DNA of 64,000 nucleotides from Bacillota bacterium (GCA_016286445.1 JAEESS010000003.1:23990-87989), one strand, 5' to 3'. Positions 17,988 to 27,840 are shown, counted from the first letter of the stretch. Program-made: numbers and translations. Notes: a model not told the origin generated them from the sequence alone.

Positions 17988-17998
17988 CACAAACCGCC

Positions 17999-18032
17999 AA
18001 AAGGCTGTTCTGCTTTCGGAACAGCCTTTTTT
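17999..18032. terminator. Bidirectional terminator between convergent genes
   Basis: AAAAGGCTGTTC (17999-18010) pairs with GAACAGCCTTTT (18019-18030). An A run and a T run flank the two arms. Confidence 0.8.
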
Positions 18033-18044
18033 CGTTCGACCGGT

Positions 18045-18842
18045 TCAGCGGCGGACCTTTTTTTCGAGAAACGCGACGGCGTAGTACATCAGCGCGGCAA
18101 GAATACAGAGCACCGTTACCGACGCCATGACAAGGTCGAGCTTAAAGACCTGCCCGCCGTAGACGATGAGGTAGCCGAGCCCGGCTTTGCTGACGAGGTA
18201 TTCGCCGACGATCACGCCGACCCAGCTCATGCCGACCGAGATCTTGAGCGCCGAGATGAGGTCCGGCACGCCTGCGGGCAGCACCACCATAAAGAAGGTC
18301 TGCAGCTTCGTTGCGCCGAGCGTGCGCATCAGGAGCTGTTTTTCGTCGGTTGCGGCAAGGAAGCCGTTCAGCACCGTCACAGTCGTCACGACGAGCGAAA
18401 CGAGCACGCCCATGACCACGATCGACGCCGTGCCCGCGCCGATCCAGACGATGAGCACCGGACCGAGCGCGATCTTCGGCAGCGCGTTCAGAACGACAAG
18501 GTACGGGTCCAGGATGCGGTTCAGCTTCGGCATCCACCACAGCAGCACGGCAAAAAGCGCGCCGAGCCCGGTGCCCAGAAGGAACCCGAGCACGGTCTCA
18601 AAAAGCGTGGTGCCGATGTGCAGCCAAAGCGAGCCGTCCGTGTGGAGCCGGACGATTGCGGCGATCACGCGCGAGGGAGAAGAAAGGATAAACGGGTCGA
18701 ACCACCGGAGGTCCGCGCCGAGCTCCCAAAGAAACAGAAAGCCGAACAGCAGTGCGATCCGGGACAGGACGACGATGCGCGCGTCGCGGCGGACGCGGCG
18801 AAGATACCGCGCGTGGGCTTCGGAAACGGCGGTGTATTTCAT
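18045..18842 (-). CDS. ABC transporter permease, NitT/TauT (SsuC/TauC-like) family
   Basis: It is a six-TM-type protein with a conserved loop (..LGATKLQTFFMVVLPAGVPDLISALKISVG..). Its start overlaps the ATPase stop by 4 nt. Confidence 0.75.
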   Translation of the reverse strand: MKYTAVSEAHARYLRRVRRDARIVVLSRIALLFGFLFLWELGADLRWFDPFILSSPSRVIAAIVRLHTDGSLWLHIGTTLFETVLGFLLGTGLGALFAVLLWWMPKLNRILDPYLVVLNALPKIALGPVLIVWIGAGTASIVVMGVLVSLVVTTVTVLNGFLAATDEKQLLMRTLGATKLQTFFMVVLPAGVPDLISALKISVGMSWVGVIVGEYLVSKAGLGYLIVYGGQVFKLDLVMASVTVLCILAALMYYAVAFLEKKVRR

Positions 18843-19585
18843 GGCTTCAGCTCCTTCCAGATACGGTCGAAACAGTCGTGAAATTCCGGCTGCGCACGAC
18901 GCTCCAAAGGCGTCAGCGCGGCGGGGAACCCGATGTCGACGATCTCCTTCAGCCGCGCCGGACGCGCGGAAAAGACCGCGACGCGGTCCGCCATCGAGAC
19001 CGCCTCCGAGATGTCGTGCGTCACGAGGATCGCGCTCTTGTGCTCGCTGCGGATGATGCGGTAGACTTCGTCGGAAAGATTCAGCCGCGTCTGATAGTCG
19101 AGCGCGGAAAACGGTTCGTCCAGAAGCAGCAGGTCCGGCTCCAGCGCCAGCGTGCGGATCAGCGCGACCTTTTGCCGCATGCCGCCGGAAAGCTGCTGCG
19201 GTTTATAGGAACGGAACTCGCCGAGCCCGTACTTGTCGAGCAGCGCAAATGCGCGCGCTTTGCTTTCCTCGGTCAGCCGATGCTGGACCTCAAGTCCCAG
19301 AAGCACGTTCTTTTCCACTGTGCGGTGGTCCAGAAGATGGTCGCGCTGCAGCATGTAGCCGAGCCGCAGGTTTTCGCGCAGAAACCGCACGCTGCCCGCG
19401 GTCGGCGAGATAAGCCCCATGATCAGGGAGAGCACGGTCGTTTTGCCGCAGCCGGACGGACCGACGATCGCAAGAAATTCGCCTTCGTATACGGTCAGAT
19501 CCAGATTTTGTATCGCAGTCGTTTCGCCCTCGACCGTATGGAAACTGTGCGAAACGCCGGAAAGTGTCATCAATTCGGATTGCAT
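18839..19585 (-). CDS. ABC transporter ATP-binding protein (NitT/TauT type)
   Basis: I use the internal ATG at 19585, which follows AAGGAG. Walker A GPSGCGKTT, signature LSGGMRQ and Walker B LLLLDEP are all present. Confidence 0.85.
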   Translation of the reverse strand: MQSELMTLSGVSHSFHTVEGETTAIQNLDLTVYEGEFLAIVGPSGCGKTTVLSLIMGLISPTAGSVRFLRENLRLGYMLQRDHLLDHRTVEKNVLLGLEVQHRLTEESKARAFALLDKYGLGEFRSYKPQQLSGGMRQKVALIRTLALEPDLLLLDEPFSALDYQTRLNLSDEVYRIIRSEHKSAILVTHDISEAVSMADRVAVFSARPARLKEIVDIGFPAALTPLERRAQPEFHDCFDRIWKELKP

Positions 19586-19717
19586 ACCCGATCTCCTTAT
19601 GTGCTGATAAACCATCCTATTCCGATTTCGTCCGCAGGGTTCCGGCGGGACGCCGGAGCGGATTTCGTCACAGAACGACACGGTTCTGCGTATGATACAG
19701 AAAAGGAGGAAGGGCGT

Positions 19718-19882
19718 ATGCGAAAGAGATGCGAACGGAACGGAAAGGCAAGACGGCTGCTGCTTGCCGCGATCGGCGCGGGCGCTGCGGCGCTGATCTT
19801 TTACTGCGTGCCGTGGTGGGTGTTTCTGCTGATCGGCGTCGCCTCGCTGATCGCGGCGGGCTTTGCGCTTGCGCGGCAATAG
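19718..19882 (+). CDS. Small hypothetical membrane protein (54 aa, two predicted TM helices)
   Basis: AAGGAGGA at 19703-19710 lies 7 nt before the ATG at 19718. The translation is MRKRCERNGKARRLLLAAIGAGAAALIFYCVPWWVFLLIGVASLIAAGFALARQ. I recognise no homology. Confidence 0.4.
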   Translation: MRKRCERNGKARRLLLAAIGAGAAALIFYCVPWWVFLLIGVASLIAAGFALARQ

Positions 19883-19956
19883 TTAACCGAAAGTTCACCT
19901 TCCGCCCGCGCAACCTGTGATATACTGTATCTTGAAAAGGTATATCGGAGGCGGGA

Positions 19957-20790
19957 ATGCGGAAGCTTTGGAAGAATAGACCCATGTGGATCGCGCTGAT
20001 TGCGATCGTTCTTTTGATCGTCCTTGCGGCGTTTACGGCAAACGGCAGGGGATCGAAGGACGGTCTGTTCGGCACTGCCGTCGTGCCGGTCGCGGAGGGC
20101 TTGCACGCCGTCCAGCAGAGGATCGGCGGATTTTTTGCCCGCGTGTTCACCCCGTCGCGCATACAGGAGGAAAACGAACGGCTCAGAGAAACGGTGCTCC
20201 TGCAGGAGCAGAAGCTTGCGCTTCTGGATGAGACCGAGAAGGAAAACGCGAGGCTTTCGGAGCTGCTGAACTTTGCGGAATCGAATCCGGACATGCATTT
20301 TGTGACCGCATCGGTCATCGGGCGGGACAGCAATCCGTATATCGATACGATCACGCTGAACGCGGGTTCGCGCAGCGGCGTCGCCGAAAAGATGGCGGTC
20401 ATCACGCCGGACGGCGTCGTGGGACGCGTCAGCGAGGTCGGACCGAACTGGTGCCGGGTCAAAACGATGTGCGACGAAAAGATGCGCATCAGCGTGATGG
20501 TGCAGCGTACGCGCGACGAGGGCATGCTCGGCGGGCTGTATCTTGAAGACGGCGAGATCCTCGGAACGCTGCTGTATTATCTGCCCGGCAAGGCGGACGT
20601 GCGCGAAGGCGATACGATCCGCACGAGCGGCATCGGCGGGTTCTTTCCGAAGGGTCTGTACGTCGGCACGGTCCTTTCCGTCAATCGGGAGGGCAGGGGC
20701 ACGCACGACGCGGTCGTTTCGATGGACGTCGATTTTCTGCACCTGGAGGAAGCGCTGATCGTGGTCGGCGTGGACGAGGCGATCGGATGA
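19957..20790 (+). CDS. mreC: Rod shape-determining protein MreC
   Basis: It has an N-terminal TM segment, a coiled coil (ENERLRETVLLQEQKLALLDE) and a C-terminal beta domain. mreD and PBP2 follow with overlapping stop and start codons. Confidence 0.85.
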   Translation: MRKLWKNRPMWIALIAIVLLIVLAAFTANGRGSKDGLFGTAVVPVAEGLHAVQQRIGGFFARVFTPSRIQEENERLRETVLLQEQKLALLDETEKENARLSELLNFAESNPDMHFVTASVIGRDSNPYIDTITLNAGSRSGVAEKMAVITPDGVVGRVSEVGPNWCRVKTMCDEKMRISVMVQRTRDEGMLGGLYLEDGEILGTLLYYLPGKADVREGDTIRTSGIGGFFPKGLYVGTVLSVNREGRGTHDAVVSMDVDFLHLEEALIVVGVDEAIG

Positions 20791-21272
20791 AGCGGTTGCT
20801 GCTCATACCCGCGGCGATTCTCGCGGTGTTCATAGACGCGTTCGTGTTTCCGGCGCTGTCCGGCAACGGGATCCGTCCGCTGTTCACGCTGAGCCTTGCG
20901 CTTGCCGCAACGGCGGCAACGAAGGTGCAGGACGGCATTCCGATCGCGATTTTCGGCGGACTTCTCTGCGATCTCTTCTGCAATCCGTATCTCGGGCTTT
21001 CGGCGGCGGCATACCTCGCCGCGGTCATGATCGTGTACGGCTTTACCGGAAAAGGCGGATACCGGCGCGGGCTTCTGATCCCGTTTGCGGCGGTCGGCGC
21101 AATTGCCACGGAAGCGGTGATTCTGATCTTCTCGCTGGCGATCGGCGCGCGGTTCGACGCGTTCCGGCTTTTGCGCGCAACGCTTCCGTCGATCATACTT
21201 GAAGCGCTTCTCGTATACCCGCTTGCGGCACTTCTGAGAAGCCGGGAGAAAGGCAGTTCCCTTTTGAAATGA
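20787..21272 (+). CDS. mreD: Rod shape-determining protein MreD
   Basis: It is a 161-aa polytopic membrane protein translationally coupled between mreC and PBP2. Confidence 0.75.
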   Translation: MKRLLLIPAAILAVFIDAFVFPALSGNGIRPLFTLSLALAATAATKVQDGIPIAIFGGLLCDLFCNPYLGLSAAAYLAAVMIVYGFTGKGGYRRGLLIPFAAVGAIATEAVILIFSLAIGARFDAFRLLRATLPSIILEALLVYPLAALLRSREKGSSLLK

Positions 21273-23836
21273 AACGCGGTGAAAAGGGAAAACTGAATAC
21301 GCGCATCTGGATGCTCATCGGGATCTTTGTTGTGATGCTCGGTGTGCTCTTGCTCTTTTTGGACAAGCTTGCCATCCGCGAGACGGAGGCATATTCGGCG
21401 GCGGTGCAGCAGACGACCGAGGTCACGACCTATCAGTCCGGCAACCGCGGCACGATCACCGACCGCAACGGCGTGGTGCTTGCCTACGACGAAACGACCT
21501 ACAATGTGCTCTTTTACCGTGATCCCGCTAACCGCACGCCCGTGGACAGCGCGCGATATACGAACTCGCTCATGGAAGCGATCCGTATTATCGAAGAGGG
21601 CGGCGGCAAAACGATCGACACATTCTATATCAACATGCTTTCCGACGGCACGTTCGTGTACGATTTCCGCACAACGAGTCCGTCCGTCGCGGCGACGCGC
21701 AAGCGAAACTTTATCGACGCCTGCCGCTTCAGCAACCCGGACCTTTCCGCAGAGGAGGCGTACCGCATTCTGCGCGCGTCGTGGTGCATTCCCGACAATA
21801 TGCCGTTCGATGAGGCGAAAAAGATCATGTCGATCCGGCAGGAGGCCGTCATGAACAGCTACCGCGCGTTTGAAGGCGTGCGCATTGCGTACGACGTTTC
21901 GCTGGCGGTCGTGACCGAGCTCGACATGGCGAGCGACCGGCTCACCGGCATCCTCACCGAAAAGAGCAGCTGCCGCGTGTATCCGTACGGGCATACCGCG
22001 TCGCACATCATCGGCTACCTCTCGCGGCAGGTCACCAGCGACATGAGCACCGTCGGTTATTCGTATGCGGATTACGCGCCGTTTGATCCGAACGGGAAGG
22101 AGACCCAAAGCATGCTGGAGCTCGGGTATTCCTACAACGATCTGATCGGCATTGCGGGCGTCGAAAAGACGATGGAAGCATACCTCACGCCGCACCTGTA
22201 CGGACGGCTCGGCACGACGCGGATCCTGAAAAACAAACGCGGCGCGATCGTGGAGGTGCTCGATTCCACGCAGCCGACCGACGGCATGAACGTACAGCTT
22301 TCGATCGACATTGAGCTGCAGAAGGTCTGCGAGGATGCGCTGCGCGAGAACATCGAGGAGACGCGGAGAAAGCAGGAACAGCGCATCGAATCCGACTGGG
22401 AAAAATACGAGCGGCTCAGCGGCGGAAATACGGACGCCATCAAGCGCGCGGAGACCGGCGCGGTCATCGTGCTGAACGTCAAGACGGGCGAGCTGCTTGC
22501 GCTGGCGTCGTACCCGGATTACGACCCGAATATTTTTACAGACGGGATCGACGCCCTCGAATATGAGCAGCTGTTCGGCACGAATACCAATCAGCCGACG
22601 CTGAACCGCGCGATCGGCATTCGCACGGCGTCCGGCTCGGTGTTCAAGATGGCGACGGGCTTTGCGGGGCTTATGGAGGGCAAGCTCACGACGACCGAAA
22701 TGATCTCGGACCATTCGCCGTACTATTATTTCGTCGACGATCCGACGACCAAGGTTGAACAGAACGCGCCGAGCTGCTGGATCACGAACACCGCGAAGCA
22801 CGCGAACCTCACGCTGTCGCGCGCGCTTACCGTTTCGTGCAACTATTTCTTTTATACGATCGCCGACCGCGTCGGCATCGAACGGCTGAATTACTGGGCG
22901 GGCATGCTCGGCATGAAGGATACGACCGGCGTGGAGCTGCCGGGCGAGCTTTCCGTGCAGATCGGCGGACAGAAGGCGCGTTACGACTGCGAAAAGTCGC
23001 TTTCGGAGCAGACCTCCGCACTGCCGCGGCTGATCTATAACCGCATCTACAACCTCCTGCGCACGATCCGCGATCAGCGGGGAATGAAGATCTCCGACGC
23101 GCAGATGCGCAAATGCGCCGATCGGCTTTTGCGGCTGATGGACGGCGAGCAGCGCGAGCGCGGCACGGAGATCCGTGAGATCCTGAAGGACGAGCTGAAC
23201 ATCCCGGTCGGCGTCTCTTACACGCACACAAGCTGGATCGTTTCGATCTCGACATGGCTCGAAGAGCTTCGCTGGAAGCCGACATACACGATTCAGACCG
23301 GCATCGGACAGGGCGTTATGCTGGTGACGCCGCTTTCGATCGCGCGGTACGTTTCGACGGTTGCGAGCCGCGGGGTCGTCCGTCCCGTGACCGTGCTTCG
23401 GGAGATCGACGCCGCAGACGGTACGGTGTATCTCAAAAACACGCCGGAGCCCGTGCGGACGATTCAGGCGCCGGACATCTTCTGGGACGCGATTTTAGAG
23501 GGAATGAAGGGCGTCGTTTCGCCGGAGGACGGCGGCACGGCTTCTTCGGTCTTTTCGATGGCGTTTGCGCAGAAGGGGTATCTCGAACGCATCAGCGGCA
23601 AGACCGGAACGGCGCAGACGGCGGCGTCGAACAACATCGATATTGAGAATACAAGCTGGTTTGCGGCGATCACGCCGCGCGAGGACCCCGAGATCGCGAT
23701 CGTCGCATTCATTCCGAACGGACTGTCCGGAAGCTCCAGCGCCTTGGCGATCGAACGCATTGTCACCTACTGGTACGAACGGCAGGCAGCGGAGGAATCG
23801 CCGACGGAAGCGGATGCGGAATCGCCGACGGAATGA
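21269..23836 (+). CDS. mrdA: Penicillin-binding protein 2 (class B peptidoglycan D,D-transpeptidase)
   Basis: It has an N-terminal TM segment plus the SxxK motif (SGSVFK), the SxN motif (SCN) and the KTG motif (GKTGTA). It sits in the mreCD operon. At 855 aa it is longer than a typical PBP2. Confidence 0.85.
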   Translation: MKRGEKGKLNTRIWMLIGIFVVMLGVLLLFLDKLAIRETEAYSAAVQQTTEVTTYQSGNRGTITDRNGVVLAYDETTYNVLFYRDPANRTPVDSARYTNSLMEAIRIIEEGGGKTIDTFYINMLSDGTFVYDFRTTSPSVAATRKRNFIDACRFSNPDLSAEEAYRILRASWCIPDNMPFDEAKKIMSIRQEAVMNSYRAFEGVRIAYDVSLAVVTELDMASDRLTGILTEKSSCRVYPYGHTASHIIGYLSRQVTSDMSTVGYSYADYAPFDPNGKETQSMLELGYSYNDLIGIAGVEKTMEAYLTPHLYGRLGTTRILKNKRGAIVEVLDSTQPTDGMNVQLSIDIELQKVCEDALRENIEETRRKQEQRIESDWEKYERLSGGNTDAIKRAETGAVIVLNVKTGELLALASYPDYDPNIFTDGIDALEYEQLFGTNTNQPTLNRAIGIRTASGSVFKMATGFAGLMEGKLTTTEMISDHSPYYYFVDDPTTKVEQNAPSCWITNTAKHANLTLSRALTVSCNYFFYTIADRVGIERLNYWAGMLGMKDTTGVELPGELSVQIGGQKARYDCEKSLSEQTSALPRLIYNRIYNLLRTIRDQRGMKISDAQMRKCADRLLRLMDGEQRERGTEIREILKDELNIPVGVSYTHTSWIVSISTWLEELRWKPTYTIQTGIGQGVMLVTPLSIARYVSTVASRGVVRPVTVLREIDAADGTVYLKNTPEPVRTIQAPDIFWDAILEGMKGVVSPEDGGTASSVFSMAFAQKGYLERISGKTGTAQTAASNNIDIENTSWFAAITPREDPEIAIVAFIPNGLSGSSSALAIERIVTYWYERQAAEESPTEADAESPTE

Positions 23837-23889
23837 GATGCAACAAAAATGCAACATCATTATGAAATTTTGTTGAACATCAAAAATTA

Positions 23890-25311
23890 ATGCTTGCACA
23901 AAATCCAAAACAGCGATACACTTTCGGTATGGAAAAGCAAAAGCTGACAATTCCTTACATCATTCATAACTGGAGCAGCCTCAGCGTCGAGCAGAAGCGT
24001 ACGGCGCTGACGGTGCTGCTGTTTGGCGTTGCATTGCTGCTGATCATCATTGCGATGATCATCGGAATCTCCTCGTGCACCTGCTCCGGGAAGGCGAAGA
24101 ACACATCCGAGACGGTTTCGGAGCTGCCCGCGCTTTTGCGTGCGCCTGTACCGGACAGATCCCTGGAGACGGATCCGGAAAACGGTCGGAACGAGCAGGA
24201 TCCGGACGGCGTCGATGATCCGGATGCGATTGTCGTCAATCCGAACGAATCGGGCGAAAACGCGCCGGCGGCGACGTATGTCGCGCTTAAGAAGCACGAT
24301 AAGGGCGAAGAGGTCACGGCACTGCAGGAACGGCTCATGGAGCTCGGATATCTGGAGATCGAGGAGCCGACCGATTACTTCGGCAATTCCACCGAATACG
24401 CGGTCGAGCTGTTTCAGCGGCAGCACGGGCTGAAACGGGACGGCATCGCGGGCGAGCAGACGCAGGCGCTTCTGTTCAGCAGCGAAGCGCAGCACTACAT
24501 GCTTTTGGAAGGCGCGGAGGGGCGCGACGTCAAGATGCTGCAGGAGCAGCTCGTCGACCTCGGCTATCTCGATGAAAGCGACGTCGATCAGTTTTACGGC
24601 GAAAAGACCATCGAAGCGGTCAAGGCGTTCCAGAAACGCAACGGGCTTTCCGCAGACGGCAAGGCGGGCGAAAAGACGCTCGAAAAGCTGTTCGGCGAGG
24701 ATCCGAAGGTCTCCAAATCGCTCGAAGCAAAGCTGAAAGAGGAATCCAAGAACGAGTCGAAGAACGAATCGAAGAGCACGCCGAAGACGACGCCGAAGCC
24801 CACAAAGCATTCCTCCAAGACGACGCCGAAGGCTTCGTCCAAGACCACCGCCAAGGCGACCGCAAAGCCGAAAACGACGCCGAAGCCGACGCAAAAGGTT
24901 ACGCCGACGCCGAAGTACGACACCAGAATCGACAAGCTGATCAAGGTCGCGAAATCCAAGATCGGCTGCGAATATGTGCTCGGCGACAAGGGACCGGATT
25001 CGTTCGACTGTTCCGGCTTCGTCTACTACTGTCTGAAGCAGGCGGGCATCAGCACGAGCCGCATGGACGCCTCGGGCTTCTCGAAGGTCAGCCGCTGGAA
25101 GAACATCACGAGCCTCAGCGACATCGAAAAGGGCGATCTGCTTTTCTTTAAGAGCGACAAATCCAGCCGCGTCAGCCATACGGGCATCTACATCGGCAAT
25201 GGCGAGATGATCGACGCTTCGAGCTCGGAAGGAAAGGTCGTCCGGCGCACCGTTTCCAGCAACTACTGGAAGAAATACTTTGTAAATGCCAGACGCTGGT
25301 GGGGCAATTGA
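23890..25311 (+). CDS. Cell-wall hydrolase with a TM anchor, three PG_binding_1 repeats, a Lys/Thr/Pro linker and an NlpC/P60 domain
   Basis: Three repeats of the type GEEVTALQERLMELGYL..HGLKRDGIAGEQT are present. The NlpC/P60 catalytic Cys (DCSGFVYYC) and His (HTGIYIG) are present. The start is uncertain between 23890 and 23929, and neither has a clear RBS. Confidence 0.8.
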   Translation: MLAQNPKQRYTFGMEKQKLTIPYIIHNWSSLSVEQKRTALTVLLFGVALLLIIIAMIIGISSCTCSGKAKNTSETVSELPALLRAPVPDRSLETDPENGRNEQDPDGVDDPDAIVVNPNESGENAPAATYVALKKHDKGEEVTALQERLMELGYLEIEEPTDYFGNSTEYAVELFQRQHGLKRDGIAGEQTQALLFSSEAQHYMLLEGAEGRDVKMLQEQLVDLGYLDESDVDQFYGEKTIEAVKAFQKRNGLSADGKAGEKTLEKLFGEDPKVSKSLEAKLKEESKNESKNESKSTPKTTPKPTKHSSKTTPKASSKTTAKATAKPKTTPKPTQKVTPTPKYDTRIDKLIKVAKSKIGCEYVLGDKGPDSFDCSGFVYYCLKQAGISTSRMDASGFSKVSRWKNITSLSDIEKGDLLFFKSDKSSRVSHTGIYIGNGEMIDASSSEGKVVRRTVSSNYWKKYFVNARRWWGN

Positions 25312-25334
25312 TCGGCTTTTACGCAATTTTTACA

Positions 25335-25365
25335 AAAACCGACGGATTTTTCCGCCGGTTTTTTT
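25335..25365 (+). terminator. Rho-independent terminator
   Basis: AAAACCGACGG pairs with CCGCCGGTTTT with one mismatch, followed by a T run. Confidence 0.6.
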
Positions 25366-25392
25366 GCATTATGCGGAAGAGTATGATATAAT
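25364..25392 (+). promoter_or_regulatory. Candidate glgP promoter
   Basis: TTGCAT (25364-25369), a 17-nt spacer, and an extended -10 TGaTATAAT (25384-25392). Confidence 0.55.
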
Positions 25393-25423
25393 ACAGACCA
25401 AAGTTAAGAATGGGGATGGGATT

Positions 25424-27793
25424 ATGGATACGAAAACGATCATGCAGCAAATCGAACTTGTCCTGAAACGTGATGCGCAGGTCTCGCTGAAGGAAGCGAC
25501 CGTACAGCAGCTCCATGCCGCGCTGGCTTCGGTCGTGATGGGCGCGATCGCAGACCCGTGGTATGAAAGCCGCCATGCGCACGAACGCACCAGAAGCACC
25601 TATTACTTCTCCGCGGAATACCTTGTCGGTCGTATGGTCTACAACAATCTGTTCGCGCTCGGGATCCTCGATGAAGTGAAGAAGGAGTTTGCAGATCGCG
25701 GGCTCGATCTTGCGGTGTTCGAGGATATCGAGGACGCGGCGCTCGGAAACGGAGGCTTGGGACGCCTTGCAGCGTGCTTCCTCGATTCCGCGGCAACGAT
25801 GAACCTGCCGCTCGACGGTTACGGCATCCGCTATAAGTACGGTCTTTTCAAGCAGACGTTTACGAACGGCTTCCAGACCGAAAGCGCAGACGACTGGCAG
25901 CGCTTCGGCGATCCGTGGAGCCGCCGCCGCGACACGCACGAAGTCCTCGTGCAGTTTTCCGATCAGACCGTCCGCGCCGTCCCGTACGACATGCCGATCA
26001 TCGGCTATCACACCGACAATATCGGCACGCTCCGCCTCTGGCAGAGCGAAGCGGTCGAGGACTTTGATTTCCAGAAGTTCAACAACCAGGAATACGCGGT
26101 CGCCGTGTTGGAAAAGAACGCGGTCGAAGACATCACGCGCGTGCTGTATCCGAACGACACGACCACCGCGGGCAAGCGCCTCCGCCTGAAGCAGCAGTAC
26201 TTTTTGTCCTCGGCCTCGCTGCAGGACCTGCTCTTCCGCTTCAAGCGTGAGAATCGCCCGATCACCGAGTTTGCGGAGCTCGTTTCCATTCAGCTGAACG
26301 ACACGCATCCGACGGTCTCCATTCCGGAGCTGATCCGTCTTCTGATGCGCGAAGGGCTCAGCTTTGATGAGGCGTTCGACATTGCGCAGAAGACCTTCTC
26401 CTACACGAACCACACGGTCATGCAGGAAGCGCTCGAAAAGTGGGACGTCGCGTTGTTCCGCGACCTGCTGCCGGAAATCTACGACATCATCTGGCGCATC
26501 AACACCAAGCTGTGCGGCGAGATCATGGCGAAGGGGCTCGACTGCGAGCCGTACGCGATCGTGTCGAACAACATCATCCGCATGGCGAACCTTGCGGTGT
26601 ATGTGTCGAGCTACGTCAACGGCGTCGCCGAGATCCATACGCAGATCCTGAAGAACGACGTTCTGAAGATCTGGTACGACGTCTATCCCGAACGCTTCCA
26701 GAACAAGACGAACGGTATCACGCAGCGCCGCTGGCTCGGGCTGTGCAACCCGGAGCTCTCGAAGTTCATCACCGATCGCATCGGCGGCGGCTGGATCACC
26801 GATCTCGAACAGCTCAAGGGGCTCAGAGCGTTCACGAGCGACGCGGACGTCGACGAATTTATCGGCATCAAGCGGGAAAAGAAGCGCCAGCTCCGCGCGC
26901 TGATCAAGGCGCGCGAAGGCGTCGATCTGCCCGAATCGTTCTGCTTCGACGTGCAGGTCAAGCGCATGCACGAGTACAAGCGTCAGCTTTTGAACGCGTT
27001 TGCGATCCTCGATCTCTACTTCGGCATCAAGGACGGACGCATCAAAGACTTCACGCCGACGGCGTTCATCTTCGGCGCAAAGGCGGCGCCCGGATACCTC
27101 CGCGCTAAGGCGGTCATTAAGTTCATCAACGAGATCGCGAACAAGATCAACAACGATCCGGACATGAAGAATCTGATGCGCGTGGTGTTCGTGCACAACT
27201 ATAACTGCTCCTATGCGGAGCACATCATTCCGGCGGCGGACATTTCCGAGCAGATCTCGCCTGCTGGCACCGAGGCGAGCGGCACCGGCAACATGAAGCT
27301 GATGCTGAACGGCGCGGTCACGCTCGGCACCTTCGACGGCGCGAACGTCGAGATCGTGCAGGAGGCGGGCGAGGAGAACAACTATGTGTTCGGTTACAGC
27401 GTCGACGATCTCAACGCGCTGCGTCCGCATTACAATCCGAAGGCGATCTACGACTACGAGCCGCGCGTGCGCCGCGTGGTCGACGCGCTGATCGACGGCA
27501 CGTTCTCCGACAACGGCACCGGCGTGTTCACCGATCTGCACCGCTCGCTGCTGTTCGGCAACGGCTGGCAGAAGCCGGACTACTACTTCGTTCTGCAGGA
27601 GCTTTTGCCGTACATCGACCGCAAGACGGATGCGCTGAACGACTATAAGGACATTCGTTCGTTCGCCAGAAAGTGCATCATCAATACGGCAAGCGCGGGC
27701 AAGTTCTCCTCGGACCGTACGATCCGTCAGTACGCGGACGAGATCTGGCACATCAAGGAGCTTCCGCATCACGACGGCATCCGCCTTTGGTAA
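25424..27793 (+). CDS. glgP: Glycogen/maltodextrin phosphorylase
   Basis: I use the internal ATG at 25424. The PLP-lysine motif EASGTGNMKLMLNG is present and the GT35 family pattern runs throughout the 789 aa. Confidence 0.9.
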   Translation: MDTKTIMQQIELVLKRDAQVSLKEATVQQLHAALASVVMGAIADPWYESRHAHERTRSTYYFSAEYLVGRMVYNNLFALGILDEVKKEFADRGLDLAVFEDIEDAALGNGGLGRLAACFLDSAATMNLPLDGYGIRYKYGLFKQTFTNGFQTESADDWQRFGDPWSRRRDTHEVLVQFSDQTVRAVPYDMPIIGYHTDNIGTLRLWQSEAVEDFDFQKFNNQEYAVAVLEKNAVEDITRVLYPNDTTTAGKRLRLKQQYFLSSASLQDLLFRFKRENRPITEFAELVSIQLNDTHPTVSIPELIRLLMREGLSFDEAFDIAQKTFSYTNHTVMQEALEKWDVALFRDLLPEIYDIIWRINTKLCGEIMAKGLDCEPYAIVSNNIIRMANLAVYVSSYVNGVAEIHTQILKNDVLKIWYDVYPERFQNKTNGITQRRWLGLCNPELSKFITDRIGGGWITDLEQLKGLRAFTSDADVDEFIGIKREKKRQLRALIKAREGVDLPESFCFDVQVKRMHEYKRQLLNAFAILDLYFGIKDGRIKDFTPTAFIFGAKAAPGYLRAKAVIKFINEIANKINNDPDMKNLMRVVFVHNYNCSYAEHIIPAADISEQISPAGTEASGTGNMKLMLNGAVTLGTFDGANVEIVQEAGEENNYVFGYSVDDLNALRPHYNPKAIYDYEPRVRRVVDALIDGTFSDNGTGVFTDLHRSLLFGNGWQKPDYYFVLQELLPYIDRKTDALNDYKDIRSFARKCIINTASAGKFSSDRTIRQYADEIWHIKELPHHDGIRLW

Positions 27794-27808
27794 GGACTGC
27801 AAAAACGG

Positions 27809-27840
27809 GCGGCGATCGCATGGTCGCCGCTCTTTTGTTT
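27809..27840 (+). terminator. Rho-independent terminator after glgP
   Basis: GCGGCGA (27809-27815) pairs with TCGCCGC (27824-27830), followed by TCTTTTGTTT. Confidence 0.7.

Noticed and set aside
16338-17990. The track lists very long ORFs antisense to real genes. Examples are 16338..17990(-), 20681..23227(-), 25319..28153(-), 45420..47693(-), 53649..55730(-), 27885..28976(-), 30603..32135(-) and 60906..62273(-).
   Set aside because: Their translations are Arg/Ala/Gly/His-rich low-complexity strings with no motifs. Each lies opposite a gene with clear family signatures. Stop-codon depletion on the antisense strand is expected in DNA of about 60-65% GC.
21269-23836. The extra length of PBP2 (855 aa) as a sign of gene fusion or an inserted element.
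   Set aside because: All the class B PBP motifs occur in the normal order within a single frame and with host-like composition. Extended inter-motif loops are common in clostridial class B PBPs.
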